Below the pieces are notes generated by a model that was given only the letters and a program-made list of their open reading frames with translations, ran no database searches and had not been told where the DNA came from. DNA of 37,459 nucleotides. Origin: a virus (taxonomy: Duplodnaviria; Caudoviricetes). The translations under genes and the position numbers were made by a program. The stretch spans positions 1 through 37,459 of the IMG/VR virus record IMGVR_UViG_3300035492_000097; one strand, 5' to 3'. This document shows positions 1 to 9,206 of this stretch, piece after piece. Position 1 is the first letter of the stretch, and the number at the start of each line of letters is the position of its first letter.

Positions 1-127
1 CACGCCAGCACCTACAACCTTAAAAAGGCTCTTTTTGCTGAGCCATTCAGGAGGAAAACAGATGTTTAGTTACATCTTTCAGGGTCGAACTCACACAGAC
101 ACGACCCGCAGCTATATGAATTCGCTT
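1..127. repeat. Terminal direct repeat identical to 37333-37459 (probable assembly circularisation overlap)
   Basis: Exact 127-nt identity; 127 is a common assembler k-mer size. Confidence 0.9.
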
Positions 128-337
128 GGCATGACTCAGGAGCAGGTCGACTCTGTTCTTCAGCAAAAAGACTTTGAAGATGCTCAAAACCTCGTCAAGA
201 GAAAAGAGGCTTACCGCCTTGAGTCAGATCCTCTTTTCATGGAGTGGCAATACGACAACACACCTGAATCTGAGCAAGCATGGCGTGACAAGGTAGCGGA
301 AATCAAGGCCCGTTACCCGCTGCCAAGTGAATCATAA
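62..337 (+). CDS. Putative tail fibre assembly/accessory protein
   Basis: AGGAGG RBS before ATG 62; C-terminal W..KVAEIKARYP motif typical of tail fibre chaperones; follows the fibre/DGR locus on the circle. Confidence 0.6.
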   Translation: MFSYIFQGRTHTDTTRSYMNSLGMTQEQVDSVLQQKDFEDAQNLVKRKEAYRLESDPLFMEWQYDNTPESEQAWRDKVAEIKARYPLPSES

Positions 338-340
338 ACC

Positions 341-396
341 AGCCGCCTCGAGCGGTTTTTTTGTACCTGAGCCTCGGCTATCGCCGGGGCTTTTTT
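341..396 (+). terminator. Two tandem intrinsic terminators
   Basis: AGCCGC-ctcga-GCGGTT plus T-run, and GCCTCGGC-tatc-GCCGGGGC plus T-run. Confidence 0.7.
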
Positions 397-412
397 ATGC
401 CCGGAGATAGCA

Positions 413-574
413 ATGAAGAAAACCTACAAGGTGCTCACTGCCTTTAAGTGGCGAGGCCATTGGCGAGACCCAGGCGAGCAGCTGCAGCTGCTTGACTGTG
501 AGGCGGCCACCCTGACCCGCACTGGCAAGATTGAGCTTGTTACCACCAGTTCAAAAAGTAAGAAAGGGAGCTAA
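413..574 (+). CDS. Small 53-aa virion-module protein (missed by the ORF track)
   Basis: GGAG RBS, MKKTYKVLTAFKWRGHWRDPGEQLQLLDCEAATLTRTGKIELVTTSSKSKKGS; ends 2 nt before the sheath gene. Confidence 0.75.
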   Translation: MKKTYKVLTAFKWRGHWRDPGEQLQLLDCEAATLTRTGKIELVTTSSKSKKGS

Positions 575-576
575 CC

Positions 577-1743
577 ATGCCCGTGATTGACCAGTTTGAA
601 CACAACGGGATCTCCATCGAGACCCATGAGCCGCCACCGCCAATGGGGCCACCCGGCGACAACGTCGTCGCCTGGGTTGTGACCGCACCGGATAAGCATG
701 CCGACGTCGCGTTCAGCGTACCGTTCCGCGTGGCTAACACAGCCGACGCCCAGCACCTGGACAGCACCGGCAACGAGCTCGGTACCGGCTGGCACGCTGC
801 CAGTGAGACGCTGAAGAAAACCTCTGTGCCCCAGTATTTCATCGTGGTACCGGAAGGCGTTGACGATGCGGCTACCATGGCCAACATCATCGGCGGGATT
901 GATCCGGCGACCGGCCGCCGTACTGGTATCGCTGCGCTGACCGAATGCACCGAGCGCCCGACACTGATTGGTGCGCCTGGCTTTAGCCAGAACAAGGCAG
1001 TCATCGATGCGCTGGCGTCTATGGCCAAGCGCCTGAAATGTCGCGCCGTTATCGATGGCCCAAGCGGCAGCACTCAGGACGCGATTGACCTGTCTGGCTT
1101 GCTAGGCGGTGAAGGCACCGGTCACGACCGTGTTTACATGGTGGATCCGATGCCGGCGATTTACAGCCGTAAGGCCCAGGGGAATATCTACGTCCCGCCG
1201 TCCACTATCGCCATGGGCGCGGTGGCCGCGGTGAAGCCGTGGGAGTCTCCTGGCAACCAGGGCGTGCTTATTCAGGATGTGGCTCGAGCCATCGACTACA
1301 ACATTCTGGACAAGAGCACCGAAGGCGACCTGCTCAACCGCAACGGCGTGAGCTACTTTGCTCGCACCAGCATGGGCGGCTTTAGCCTTATCGGCAACCG
1401 CACGGTGACGGGCAAGTTCATCTCGTTCGTCGGCCTCGAGGACGCTATCGCTCGCAAGCTGGAAGCAGCCAGCCAGCGCGCTATGTCCAAGCAATTGACC
1501 AAGAGCTTCATGGAGCAGGAAATCAAGAAGATTAACCTGTTCATGCAAGACCTGGTCGCGGCTGAAATTATCCCAGGCGGTGAAGTGTACCTGCACCCGA
1601 CTCTTAATACGGTCGAGCGGTACAAGAACGGCTCCTGGTACATCGTGATCGATTACGGCCGTTACAGCCCGAACGAGCACATGATTTTCCACTTGAATGC
1701 GGTAGACCGCATCGTCGAAGAGTTCATTGAGGAGGTGCTGTAA
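577..1743 (+). CDS. Contractile tail sheath protein (P2 FI-like)
   Basis: 388 aa; LIGAPGFS, PWESPGNQ and GNRT motifs; position before the tube gene. Confidence 0.92.
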   Translation: MPVIDQFEHNGISIETHEPPPPMGPPGDNVVAWVVTAPDKHADVAFSVPFRVANTADAQHLDSTGNELGTGWHAASETLKKTSVPQYFIVVPEGVDDAATMANIIGGIDPATGRRTGIAALTECTERPTLIGAPGFSQNKAVIDALASMAKRLKCRAVIDGPSGSTQDAIDLSGLLGGEGTGHDRVYMVDPMPAIYSRKAQGNIYVPPSTIAMGAVAAVKPWESPGNQGVLIQDVARAIDYNILDKSTEGDLLNRNGVSYFARTSMGGFSLIGNRTVTGKFISFVGLEDAIARKLEAASQRAMSKQLTKSFMEQEIKKINLFMQDLVAAEIIPGGEVYLHPTLNTVERYKNGSWYIVIDYGRYSPNEHMIFHLNAVDRIVEEFIEEVL

Positions 1744-2249
1744 TGGCAGGCCAACGCAGTCGCAAGCTGTTAGCAGCAACCGTCAACGGTCACCCGTTGC
1801 TGGCCGAGATTGACGAGTTCACTCCGCCAGAAGTTAAGAAGGTGATGGAAGAGGCCCGAGGCGGCAAGTTCATCGCTGACGAGATCATGGTGGGGCTGGA
1901 AAAGCTCACCTACGAGCTGAAAGTGCTGGGGCCGACCGCTGACTTGCTGTCAGCCTACGGCCTCAAGCAAGGCGAAATCTGCCAGGTCGACGTTAAGGCA
2001 TCCGAACAGGACAAAGAGGGCAACAAGTACGCACTCCACTACAGCCTGTCCGGTGAAGTGGTCGGTGTGAAGGAAGAAGGGGTCAAGATGGGCAGCAAGC
2101 CTGGCGTGACCATCTCCGGCTCACTGACGGCCTACAAGAAGACCGAGAACGGCAAGACCGTCTATGACATCAACACCGCGACTCAGGTTATCAATCTGGG
2201 CCAAGGTGACATCATGGCGGAGCATCGCCGCAACGTGGGCCTGCCGTAA
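1743..2249 (+). CDS. Tail tube protein (P2 FII-like)
   Basis: 168 aa after sheath; C-terminal DIMAEHRRNVGL typical of FII. Confidence 0.9.
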   Translation: MAGQRSRKLLAATVNGHPLLAEIDEFTPPEVKKVMEEARGGKFIADEIMVGLEKLTYELKVLGPTADLLSAYGLKQGEICQVDVKASEQDKEGNKYALHYSLSGEVVGVKEEGVKMGSKPGVTISGSLTAYKKTENGKTVYDINTATQVINLGQGDIMAEHRRNVGLP

Positions 2250-2325
2250 CAGGCCCGATATTTCCCCCTGGTAAACGTGCGCACTTGGGTCACTTCGGTG
2301 GCCCTTTTTTATTCCTGGAGTAGCT

Positions 2326-2913
2326 ATGACTAAGCAGACCCACTTTAAGCCTGAAACGCTGACCCTTCGCTGGCCCATTAAAGACGACAAGGGCAACGAC
2401 ATCACCATCCTGACACTCGGTGCCATCTACCACGGCGATCATGCCGAAGTGCTAGCCGGCGACCCTGAAGAGCGTGAAGCCTTCGCCCAGTTCGCTCGCC
2501 TTTCCTGTGGCCTGTCGGCCAATGAAGTAAAGCGCCTGAAGATGCCTGACTGGAATGCGCTTCGCCTGAAGCTCTCCGACCTGGTAGCTAAGGGTAGCGA
2601 CTTTTTCTTCAAGCGTGCCGGCGTGGCCATCGATACCGATAAGCCTTTGCTGCTCATCCCTATCCAGGGCGATGACGGTCGTACTATCGAAGCGGTCGAG
2701 CTGCAGGTGCCATCGGTAGAAACCACCGACCTGATGCAGAAGCAACCCAATGCAGAAGCTCGAAGCCAGTTCATCACAATGTCGTGCACCGGCCTGAGCC
2801 ATGACGAGCTCAACCGCCTGTCGGCACCTGACTGGAACTATCTGCAGGGGCGCATCAACGATTTTTTGAACGAAACGGCGGACTACTTTCCCGCCGGGAC
2901 GTCGACGTCCTAA
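2326..2913 (+). CDS. Tail assembly chaperone (P2 gpE-like, two tandem domains)
   Basis: Between tube and tape measure; duplicated GLS..E..RL..PDWN.L motif. Confidence 0.85.
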   Translation: MTKQTHFKPETLTLRWPIKDDKGNDITILTLGAIYHGDHAEVLAGDPEEREAFAQFARLSCGLSANEVKRLKMPDWNALRLKLSDLVAKGSDFFFKRAGVAIDTDKPLLLIPIQGDDGRTIEAVELQVPSVETTDLMQKQPNAEARSQFITMSCTGLSHDELNRLSAPDWNYLQGRINDFLNETADYFPAGTSTS

Positions 2914-3026
2914 CAGACATCATTCCACTGGCTTACAACGCGAGCGAGCGCGAGATCTTGTCGTGGCCAATAGACAAGGCGCTGCGGCGTTATGAGCTGA
3001 CCATCAAACGACTGAAGCAGGGTTAA
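2862..3026 (+). CDS. -1 frameshift extension of the tail chaperone (gpE+E'-like)
   Basis: Slippery TTTTTTG at 2862-2868; the -1 frame is open to TAA 3024-3026, 3 nt before the tape measure ATG. Confidence 0.8.
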   Translation, partial: FFERNGGLLSRRDVDVLTDIIPLAYNASEREILSWPIDKALRRYELTIKRLKQG

Positions 3027-3029
3027 CGC

Positions 3030-5912
3030 ATGGCCGACGCAAAATACAGTATTGCCATTGCCGCGCTGGATAAGTTCAGCGCCCCGTTCAAGTCGTTCAG
3101 TGATACCAATGACAAGCTGGTCACCCAAATAAAGGGGCAGCAGGCAGAGCTGCGCAACCTGAACACAGCCGCTCGCGACCTGAGCGGCTTTGAGCGCATG
3201 CAGCGCAAACTGGCTGAAACCAGCACCGCATTGGAGCAGGCAAAACTGGACGAGGCCGAACTGGCTCGCCAGATGGAGGCAACTGAGCAGCCCACCAAGC
3301 GGCTGACCAACGCTTTCGAGAAGGCTAAGACCAAGACGGCCCAGCTCACTATTGAGCACCAGGTGCAGACCAACAAGCTCGAGCGCCTGGAGCAAAGCCT
3401 GAGCGAAGCCGGCGTCGACGCCCGGAAGTTTGCCAGCGAGCAGGAGCGCATCGAGCGAGCCACTGAGCAGGCTAACGCCGCCCTCAAGACCCAGCAGACT
3501 CGGCTTAAGTCGGTCTCCGACGCGCAGTCTCGGGTCGAAGCCAACCGGGCAGCACGCGCTGACCTGCGTGGTCAGGTACTCGAGACGGCCGCCATGGGTT
3601 ACGTGGCTGCTCAGCCTATACGGGCCGCCATCAACTACGAGTCGGCCATGGCTGACGTCAAGAAGGTGGTCAACTTCAAGGACGACACCGAGGCCAACCA
3701 AATGGGCCGCGACATCCTGAAGATGTCCACCCAGATACCGATGGCCGCGGAAGGCATTGCACAGATTGTCTCTGCTGCTGGCCAGTCAGGTGTAGCGAAA
3801 GCGGAACTGCTCGACTTTGCGGCGTCGGCCGCCAAGATGGCGACCGCGTTCGATGTGTCTGCCGATGATGCCGGTAGCACCATGGCAGCCTGGCGCGCCT
3901 CGATGGGCTTGTCCCAGGCTAAGGCCGTCGCCTTAGCTGATGCCACCAACCACCTGTCGAACAACATGAACGCCCAAGCGAAAGATATCGCCGGGGTGCT
4001 CAAGCGCCAGGGTGCGGTGGCCATGAGCGCGGGTCTTAATGAGATCCAGGCGGCCTCGCTATCGGCGGCTCTGCTTTCGGGCGGGGCTGGCGAGGAAGTT
4101 GCCGCCACGGCGCTGAAGAACATCACCGGCGCCATGATGAAGGGTGACACCGGAACCAGGGCGCAGCAGGCAGCTTGGGCAGAGCTTGGCTTCGACCCGA
4201 ACCAGTTAGCCGGCGATATGCTGAGCGACGCACCCGGGACGATGATCAAGGTCTTCGAGGCGATGCAGGACGTGCCAGAGGAGCAGGTCAACGCCCTGGT
4301 GTCGACGCTGTTCGGTGAAGAGGTGAAAGGCTCGGTCATGCCGATGCTGAAGAACCTCGACAACCTGCGCAACGCCTTCAAGATGACCTCCGATGCGGCC
4401 CAGTATCAGGGCTCTATGGAGGCCGAGTACCAGGCACGCTCTGCAACCACAGCCAACAACCTGCAGCTGCTGTCGAACAAGTTCGAGCGTCTGCAGATAA
4501 GCGTGGGCACGCTGCTGTTGCCGGCACTGAACGACATCGTCGGCCCGATTGCCGACTTTGCAGATTACCTGGCTGACGCGGCCGAGAAGTACCCAACCAT
4601 CGCCAAGGGCATCGCCATGGTGGGGATGGGGCTGGTCGCGCTCAAGGTAGGCGCTCTGGCTGTCAAGATGGTGGGCCTCTCCTTCGGTCAAGGCATCAAC
4701 ATGCTGAAGCTGGGCAGGGCCAAGCTGTCGGCAACCACTGGCGATACGGCTCGCAACGCTAACCTGGCAAATCGGGCGCTGCAGCGTATGAATGCCACCA
4801 TGGCTCGCATGGGCCGTCGTCGGGCGCCAATGGGCGGCGCCGGCGCAGACCTGGGCGATTTTGGAGGCGAGGGTCGCGGCCGTCGCGGCCGTCGCCGGAT
4901 GCGTGGCGGTGGTAAGTGGGGGCGCCTGGCAGGTTTGATTACCGGCGGCACGGCGCTGTCGCTGATGTCTGCCAATGCTAACGCTGGCGATCTGGCTATG
5001 GCTGGAGCGAGTGTGGCTGGTACCGCTGGCGACTTGTTCAGCGCCCTGCCAGCTGGAGGGGCTTTGCTCAAGGGCGCCGGCAAGATGTTCCGGCCGCTTG
5101 ATATTGCGCTCTCTGGTGCGGCTCTGACCTCTGCCATTTCAAACGGCGACAACCAGCAAATCGGTGCCACTGCCGGCGACATGGTCGGCGGTTTGGGTGG
5201 TGCTGCTGCAGGTGCCGCTGCCGGCGCGGCCATTGGTTCCGTTGTGCCAGTCATTGGTACCGCTATCGGTGGGGTGATTGGCTCCATTGTTGGCGGCCTT
5301 GGTGGCGGTGCACTGGGTGAGTGGGCCGGCGGCAAGATTGGCGGCTGGTTCGGCGGTGACGACGAGAAAGACCAGGTTAAACCTGCTCAGGTATCCAGCG
5401 CATCGATGCCTATATCTGCGCCGGAATCAGCTAAGGTGCTGACCTCGACCGAGCAATCCAGCGTCACTAAGGAGCTGAAAGCCTCGGCAAGCAGCAAGGA
5501 TAGCTCGAGTAGCTCGGTGCTTGAGACGGTAATTCAGGCGGCAAAGTTTGCGATTCCGCCCCTTGGTATTGCGTCTTTGGTTAGCAATTGGTTCGGCGGT
5601 GACGACGAGAAAGACCAGGTTAAACCTGCTCAGGTCTCGGAGATGATTGCCGGCAATGACCGGGTCAATGGCACGATCGACAAGCTACCAACCCCAGAGC
5701 AGGCGCAGAAGCAAGTCGCATCGCAAGACAACCGTCAAATGGTGTTCAGCCCGTCCATAACCATCCCGCCGTCATCTGGCAACCCGGAGGCCGACCAGCG
5801 CCTGATTGATTCGCTCATCGAGCGGATGAAAGCAGAGCTGATGCCGATGATGGGTGGCGGCGAGTTGGCGGTCAGGCTGGACGCCTCCCTATCCGATAGG
5901 AGTAACACCTGA
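3030..5912 (+). CDS. Tape measure protein (TP901 family core)
   Basis: 960 aa, Ala/Gly-rich; YESAMADVKKVVNF motif; synteny. Confidence 0.93.
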   Translation: MADAKYSIAIAALDKFSAPFKSFSDTNDKLVTQIKGQQAELRNLNTAARDLSGFERMQRKLAETSTALEQAKLDEAELARQMEATEQPTKRLTNAFEKAKTKTAQLTIEHQVQTNKLERLEQSLSEAGVDARKFASEQERIERATEQANAALKTQQTRLKSVSDAQSRVEANRAARADLRGQVLETAAMGYVAAQPIRAAINYESAMADVKKVVNFKDDTEANQMGRDILKMSTQIPMAAEGIAQIVSAAGQSGVAKAELLDFAASAAKMATAFDVSADDAGSTMAAWRASMGLSQAKAVALADATNHLSNNMNAQAKDIAGVLKRQGAVAMSAGLNEIQAASLSAALLSGGAGEEVAATALKNITGAMMKGDTGTRAQQAAWAELGFDPNQLAGDMLSDAPGTMIKVFEAMQDVPEEQVNALVSTLFGEEVKGSVMPMLKNLDNLRNAFKMTSDAAQYQGSMEAEYQARSATTANNLQLLSNKFERLQISVGTLLLPALNDIVGPIADFADYLADAAEKYPTIAKGIAMVGMGLVALKVGALAVKMVGLSFGQGINMLKLGRAKLSATTGDTARNANLANRALQRMNATMARMGRRRAPMGGAGADLGDFGGEGRGRRGRRRMRGGGKWGRLAGLITGGTALSLMSANANAGDLAMAGASVAGTAGDLFSALPAGGALLKGAGKMFRPLDIALSGAALTSAISNGDNQQIGATAGDMVGGLGGAAAGAAAGAAIGSVVPVIGTAIGGVIGSIVGGLGGGALGEWAGGKIGGWFGGDDEKDQVKPAQVSSASMPISAPESAKVLTSTEQSSVTKELKASASSKDSSSSSVLETVIQAAKFAIPPLGIASLVSNWFGGDDEKDQVKPAQVSEMIAGNDRVNGTIDKLPTPEQAQKQVASQDNRQMVFSPSITIPPSSGNPEADQRLIDSLIERMKAELMPMMGGGELAVRLDASLSDRSNT
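5346..5635 (+). repeat. 47-bp exact direct repeat (5346-5392 and 5589-5635) in the tape measure gene
   Basis: TGGTTCGGCGGTGACGACGAGAAAGACCAGGTTAAACCTGCTCAGGT occurs twice, 243 nt apart, in frame. Confidence 0.95.
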
Positions 5913-6301
5913 TGAAGCAACAGCTCGCCCTGGGCGACTTCGTCTTTAGTCTGGCGAACAAGACGGCCTATGAGCAGCTGGTTCGCAAGTCCACCGGTGG
6001 CTGGGTGAATATCGATATCACCAACGCGAAGCCACGCAGCCACAACACCGGGCAAGGACTCGAGAGCATCACCATCAACGGCAAGGTGTTCGGCGCTGAG
6101 GGCATGGATGCCCTCGACCGCCTGCGCGAACTGCAGGCGACCCGAAAGCCTCAGACCGTGGTTGACGGCCTTGGCCGCAACCTTGGCCGCTGGAAAATCA
6201 TGGATATCACCGAGACCCAGAAGCGCGTCATCGATGACGGCACGGCCATGGTGATCGACTTCAATGTGTCACTGGAGGAGTTTGTCGGTGAAATCAGTTA
6301 A
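5912..6301 (+). CDS. P2 GpU-like tail protein
   Basis: LALGDFVFSL N-terminus; follows the tape measure gene. Confidence 0.88.
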   Translation: MKQQLALGDFVFSLANKTAYEQLVRKSTGGWVNIDITNAKPRSHNTGQGLESITINGKVFGAEGMDALDRLRELQATRKPQTVVDGLGRNLGRWKIMDITETQKRVIDDGTAMVIDFNVSLEEFVGEIS

Positions 6302-6497
6302 AACCCGTGCCGGCGACACGGTCGGTCTGCTGCTTTTCAAGCACCTGGGCCGCGATGATGACGAGGCAGAGCAGGCGCTTTTCGATATCAATCCGGGGCT
6401 GGCCAAGCATGGCCCGGTCTTGCCGGCTGGTATCGATGTGATTATTCCCGACCTGGCTCCGCCGCCAGTTCGTAAGGTGGTGAGAGCATGGGATTAG
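6288..6497 (+). CDS. P2 GpX-like tail protein (LysM-like)
   Basis: GGAGG RBS with GTG 6288; GDTV...NPGLA..GPVLPAG motif. Confidence 0.88.
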   Translation: MKSVKTRAGDTVGLLLFKHLGRDDDEAEQALFDINPGLAKHGPVLPAGIDVIIPDLAPPPVRKVVRAWD

Positions 6498-7498
6498 GTT
6501 ACACGCCAATGGTGCGCGTCCGTGGGGCGCACGCCGAGCTCATAAACACCCGGCTGTTGACGTGGGAGCTTATCGACGCAGCCGGTAGGCAGTCTGACCA
6601 GCTGACGCTTCGTGTGGACACTCAGGGCATTGATGGCTTGCCGAAAGAAGGTGAGACCATCGGTCTCGAGGTGGGCTACGCAGAAGAGGAGTCGCTGACC
6701 GATAAGGGTGATTTTAAGATCACCAGGGTAACGCCCCGGATTTACCCGGACAGCGTGACCATTGTGGCCACGGCCGCACCGTTCCAGGTGAAGGACGAGA
6801 CCGAGTTCAAGAAGCGCCGCTCGCGCAGCTTCGAGAAGATAACCCTCGGCGATCTGTTCCGCCAGGTGATAACGACCCACGGCTACTCGCCGCGGGTAGC
6901 GCCTGACCTGGACGCCATCATGCTCGAGCACGTTGACCAGTCCGACGAGACGGACATGAGTTTTCTGACCAGGCTAGCTAAGCGTTACGACGCCGTCACC
7001 AAGCCAGTCGACCAGCTCTATGTTCTGGCTCGTCGTGGTCAGGTTAAAAGCCTGTCCGGGCAGAGCCTGACGCCAGTGCGTTACAGCCTGCCGACTAAGA
7101 ACGTGCCAACGGCAGCCAGTTTTATCAATGCTGAGGCCGACTTTCCGAGTCGCACGACCTTCAAGGGCGTGGTGACGACCTATTGGGATCCTGCTCAAGG
7201 TAAGGAGCTCGAGGTGAAAGTGGGCGAGGCACCATTCAAGAAGCTACGCAACCAGCACGACAGCCAGGAGCAGGCCAACGAGGCTGCCAACGGTGAGATG
7301 CGCAAGCTGGCCCGTACCGGCGTGAAGATACGCATGGACGTGCCCGGTGACCCGCGTCTGGTCGCCGAGGGGCTCCTGGAGCTGGACGATAGCTTTCCGG
7401 ATTACATGAGAGGGCGCTGGTCGCTCGACCGTGTGATCTCAAGGGGCAACAGAGGGCAGGGATATCGCTGCTCTCTGGAGGCCACCGAACCCTTGTGA
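6488..7498 (+). CDS. P2 GpD-like baseplate hub / late control protein
   Basis: DQSDETDMSFLTRLAKRY motif; synteny U-X-D. Confidence 0.9.
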   Translation: MGLGYTPMVRVRGAHAELINTRLLTWELIDAAGRQSDQLTLRVDTQGIDGLPKEGETIGLEVGYAEEESLTDKGDFKITRVTPRIYPDSVTIVATAAPFQVKDETEFKKRRSRSFEKITLGDLFRQVITTHGYSPRVAPDLDAIMLEHVDQSDETDMSFLTRLAKRYDAVTKPVDQLYVLARRGQVKSLSGQSLTPVRYSLPTKNVPTAASFINAEADFPSRTTFKGVVTTYWDPAQGKELEVKVGEAPFKKLRNQHDSQEQANEAANGEMRKLARTGVKIRMDVPGDPRLVAEGLLELDDSFPDYMRGRWSLDRVISRGNRGQGYRCSLEATEPL

Positions 7499-7529
7499 GA
7501 CCCAAAAAAATTAATAAAGGAAGGCGTAA

Positions 7530-8291
7530 ATGAGTAGTAAGCCATTTTTTTCATGGATGGGCGGCAAGCGCCGCCTGGCAAAGCACATTATGCCAGAATT
7601 CCCGGAGCATGAGTGTTACGTGGAGCCGTTTTGCGGCGCCGCCGCTTTGTTTTTCATGAAAACACCCGCAAGGGTGGAGGTTATTAATGATGTAAACAGC
7701 GATCTCGTTGGGCTTTACCGAGTGGTGCAGCATCACCTCGAGGAGTTCGTTCGCCAGTTCAAGTGGGCGCTTATCAGTCGCGAGATGTTCAAGTGGCTGG
7801 ACGATACGCCCGTCGAGACCTTGACCGATATCCAGCGTGCTGCCCGGTTCTATTACCTGCAGCAGATGTGCTTCGGCGCCAAGATTACCGGCCGCACCTT
7901 TGGCACGGCCACCACGACGCCGCCAAAACTGAATCTGCTGCGCCTCGAGGAGACGCTAAGCCAGGCACACCTGCGCCTGAGCCGTGTTTACGTTGAGCAC
8001 CTGGACTGGCAGGCGTGCATGGAAAAGTACGACAGACCGCACACCCTGTTTTACCTCGACCCGCCGTACTGGCAGACCGAGGGTTACGGTGTCGACTTCC
8101 CTTTCGAACAATATGAGCGCATGGCCGAGATGGCCAGGACGGTGAAGGGTAAGGTGGTGATCAGCATTAACGACCACCCGGATATCCGAAAGGCGTTCGC
8201 TGGCTTCCGGATGCAGGAAGTTAGCCTGCGCCATACCGTTGGCGGTCGTGCCGGTAAGCAGGCTGGTGAATTGATTATTTATAACTGGTAA
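7530..8291 (+). CDS. DNA adenine methyltransferase (Dam/D12 family)
   Basis: WMGGKRRL, YVEPFCG and YLDPPY motifs. Confidence 0.93.
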   Translation: MSSKPFFSWMGGKRRLAKHIMPEFPEHECYVEPFCGAAALFFMKTPARVEVINDVNSDLVGLYRVVQHHLEEFVRQFKWALISREMFKWLDDTPVETLTDIQRAARFYYLQQMCFGAKITGRTFGTATTTPPKLNLLRLEETLSQAHLRLSRVYVEHLDWQACMEKYDRPHTLFYLDPPYWQTEGYGVDFPFEQYERMAEMARTVKGKVVISINDHPDIRKAFAGFRMQEVSLRHTVGGRAGKQAGELIIYNW

Positions 8292-8303
8292 ACGGAGATC
8301 CTA

Positions 8304-8657
8304 ATGGACAACCAACACAAGAAAATTAAGGGCTATCGCGACCTTTCCCAGGAAGAGATCGACCTGATGAACCGCATCAAGGAAAAGGGGCAGGAGCTGC
8401 TCAACTTGCATGCCGAACTGGCAGGCCGCCTTGAAACCGATCTCGAGGTGAAGCTGTCAGCTGCCCGTCAGTCCGTTGCCGGCGCTGAGTATGATGGCAG
8501 GCCTTACACAGAAGACACCGGTGCAACTGATGAGTGCCACGAGTACCGTCGCTTCAAAGCGGCAGAGCCGCAGCGTTGGGCGTCTATTGGCAAGACCGAT
8601 ATTCAGACCGGCATCATGGCCCTTGTTCGAGCTGTTGCCCAGCCGACGAACTGTTAA
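8304..8657 (+). CDS. acb2: Anti-CBASS cyclic-oligonucleotide sponge Acb2 homolog
   Basis: MDNQHKKIKGYRDLSQEEID.MNR.KE.G and EP.RW..IGKTDIQTG.MA..RA.AQP closely match Pseudomonas phage Acb2 as I recall it. Confidence 0.88.
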   Translation: MDNQHKKIKGYRDLSQEEIDLMNRIKEKGQELLNLHAELAGRLETDLEVKLSAARQSVAGAEYDGRPYTEDTGATDECHEYRRFKAAEPQRWASIGKTDIQTGIMALVRAVAQPTNC

Positions 8658-8730
8658 AAAAAGCCCGCACAAGGCGGCAAATAGGAGGACGGACAGGCGG
8701 CCGGGGCCGCCTTCCTGGTGCTGGCTGGTA

Positions 8731-8946
8731 TCAGCTGAGGTCGTTAAGGAGCGAAACGCCCTCGCGGCTTAGGGTTAACCTGCCGGCGCACTCGATAACC
8801 AGGTTGTGCTGCTTCATCTGTTCCAGGATGAAGGCTGCCGCGTGCTGGCCAAGGCTAACGGCCTGAGCCACCTCGCCCAGTTCCGGCGCCCCTGTGTTGT
8901 TGCCTACTACGTACAGGATGGCTTTAGCTTCAGTGGTTAATGTCAT
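8731..8946 (-). CDS. Small winged-helix DNA-binding protein
   Basis: 71 aa; wHTH-like pattern (EVAQAVSL...ILEQMKQHNLV....LTLSREG); GGAGG RBS. Confidence 0.6.
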   Translation of the reverse strand: MTLTTEAKAILYVVGNNTGAPELGEVAQAVSLGQHAAAFILEQMKQHNLVIECAGRLTLSREGVSLLNDLS

Positions 8947-8993
8947 GTGTCCTCCTAGTCTTATCTATTGGCCGGGCTTCCCCGGCCCCTTTC

Positions 8994-9206
8994 TTATTCC
9001 GGTTTGTGGTTGTAACTGCTGTTCAACTGCTCGACCTGACTTCTGATATCGCATGCCGCCTTGAGTTGAGGCATTACCAGCATGTGCATCAAGCAGCCGA
9101 CGCTGCTGTCTTCTCGCGAGGCCGCCTGGTTCAGGTGGTAAAGCGCATCCGCCAAGGCTTCGGCCGCTTTCATCGTTTCCTCTAGCTGTTTTTGTACTTC
9201 GTTCAT
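8994..9206 (-). CDS. Hypothetical helical protein (70 aa)
   Basis: AAGGAG RBS before ATG 9206; MNEVQKQLEETMKAA... Confidence 0.7.
   Translation of the reverse strand: MNEVQKQLEETMKAAEALADALYHLNQAASREDSSVGCLMHMLVMPQLKAACDIRSQVEQLNSSYNHKPE

Noticed and set aside
4800-5345. Gly/Ala- and Arg-rich low-complexity repeats
   Set aside because: Ordinary tape measure C-terminal glycine-zipper sequence
7530-8291. Restriction-modification system or toxin
   Set aside because: No cognate endonuclease nearby; motifs are those of an orphan Dam-family methyltransferase
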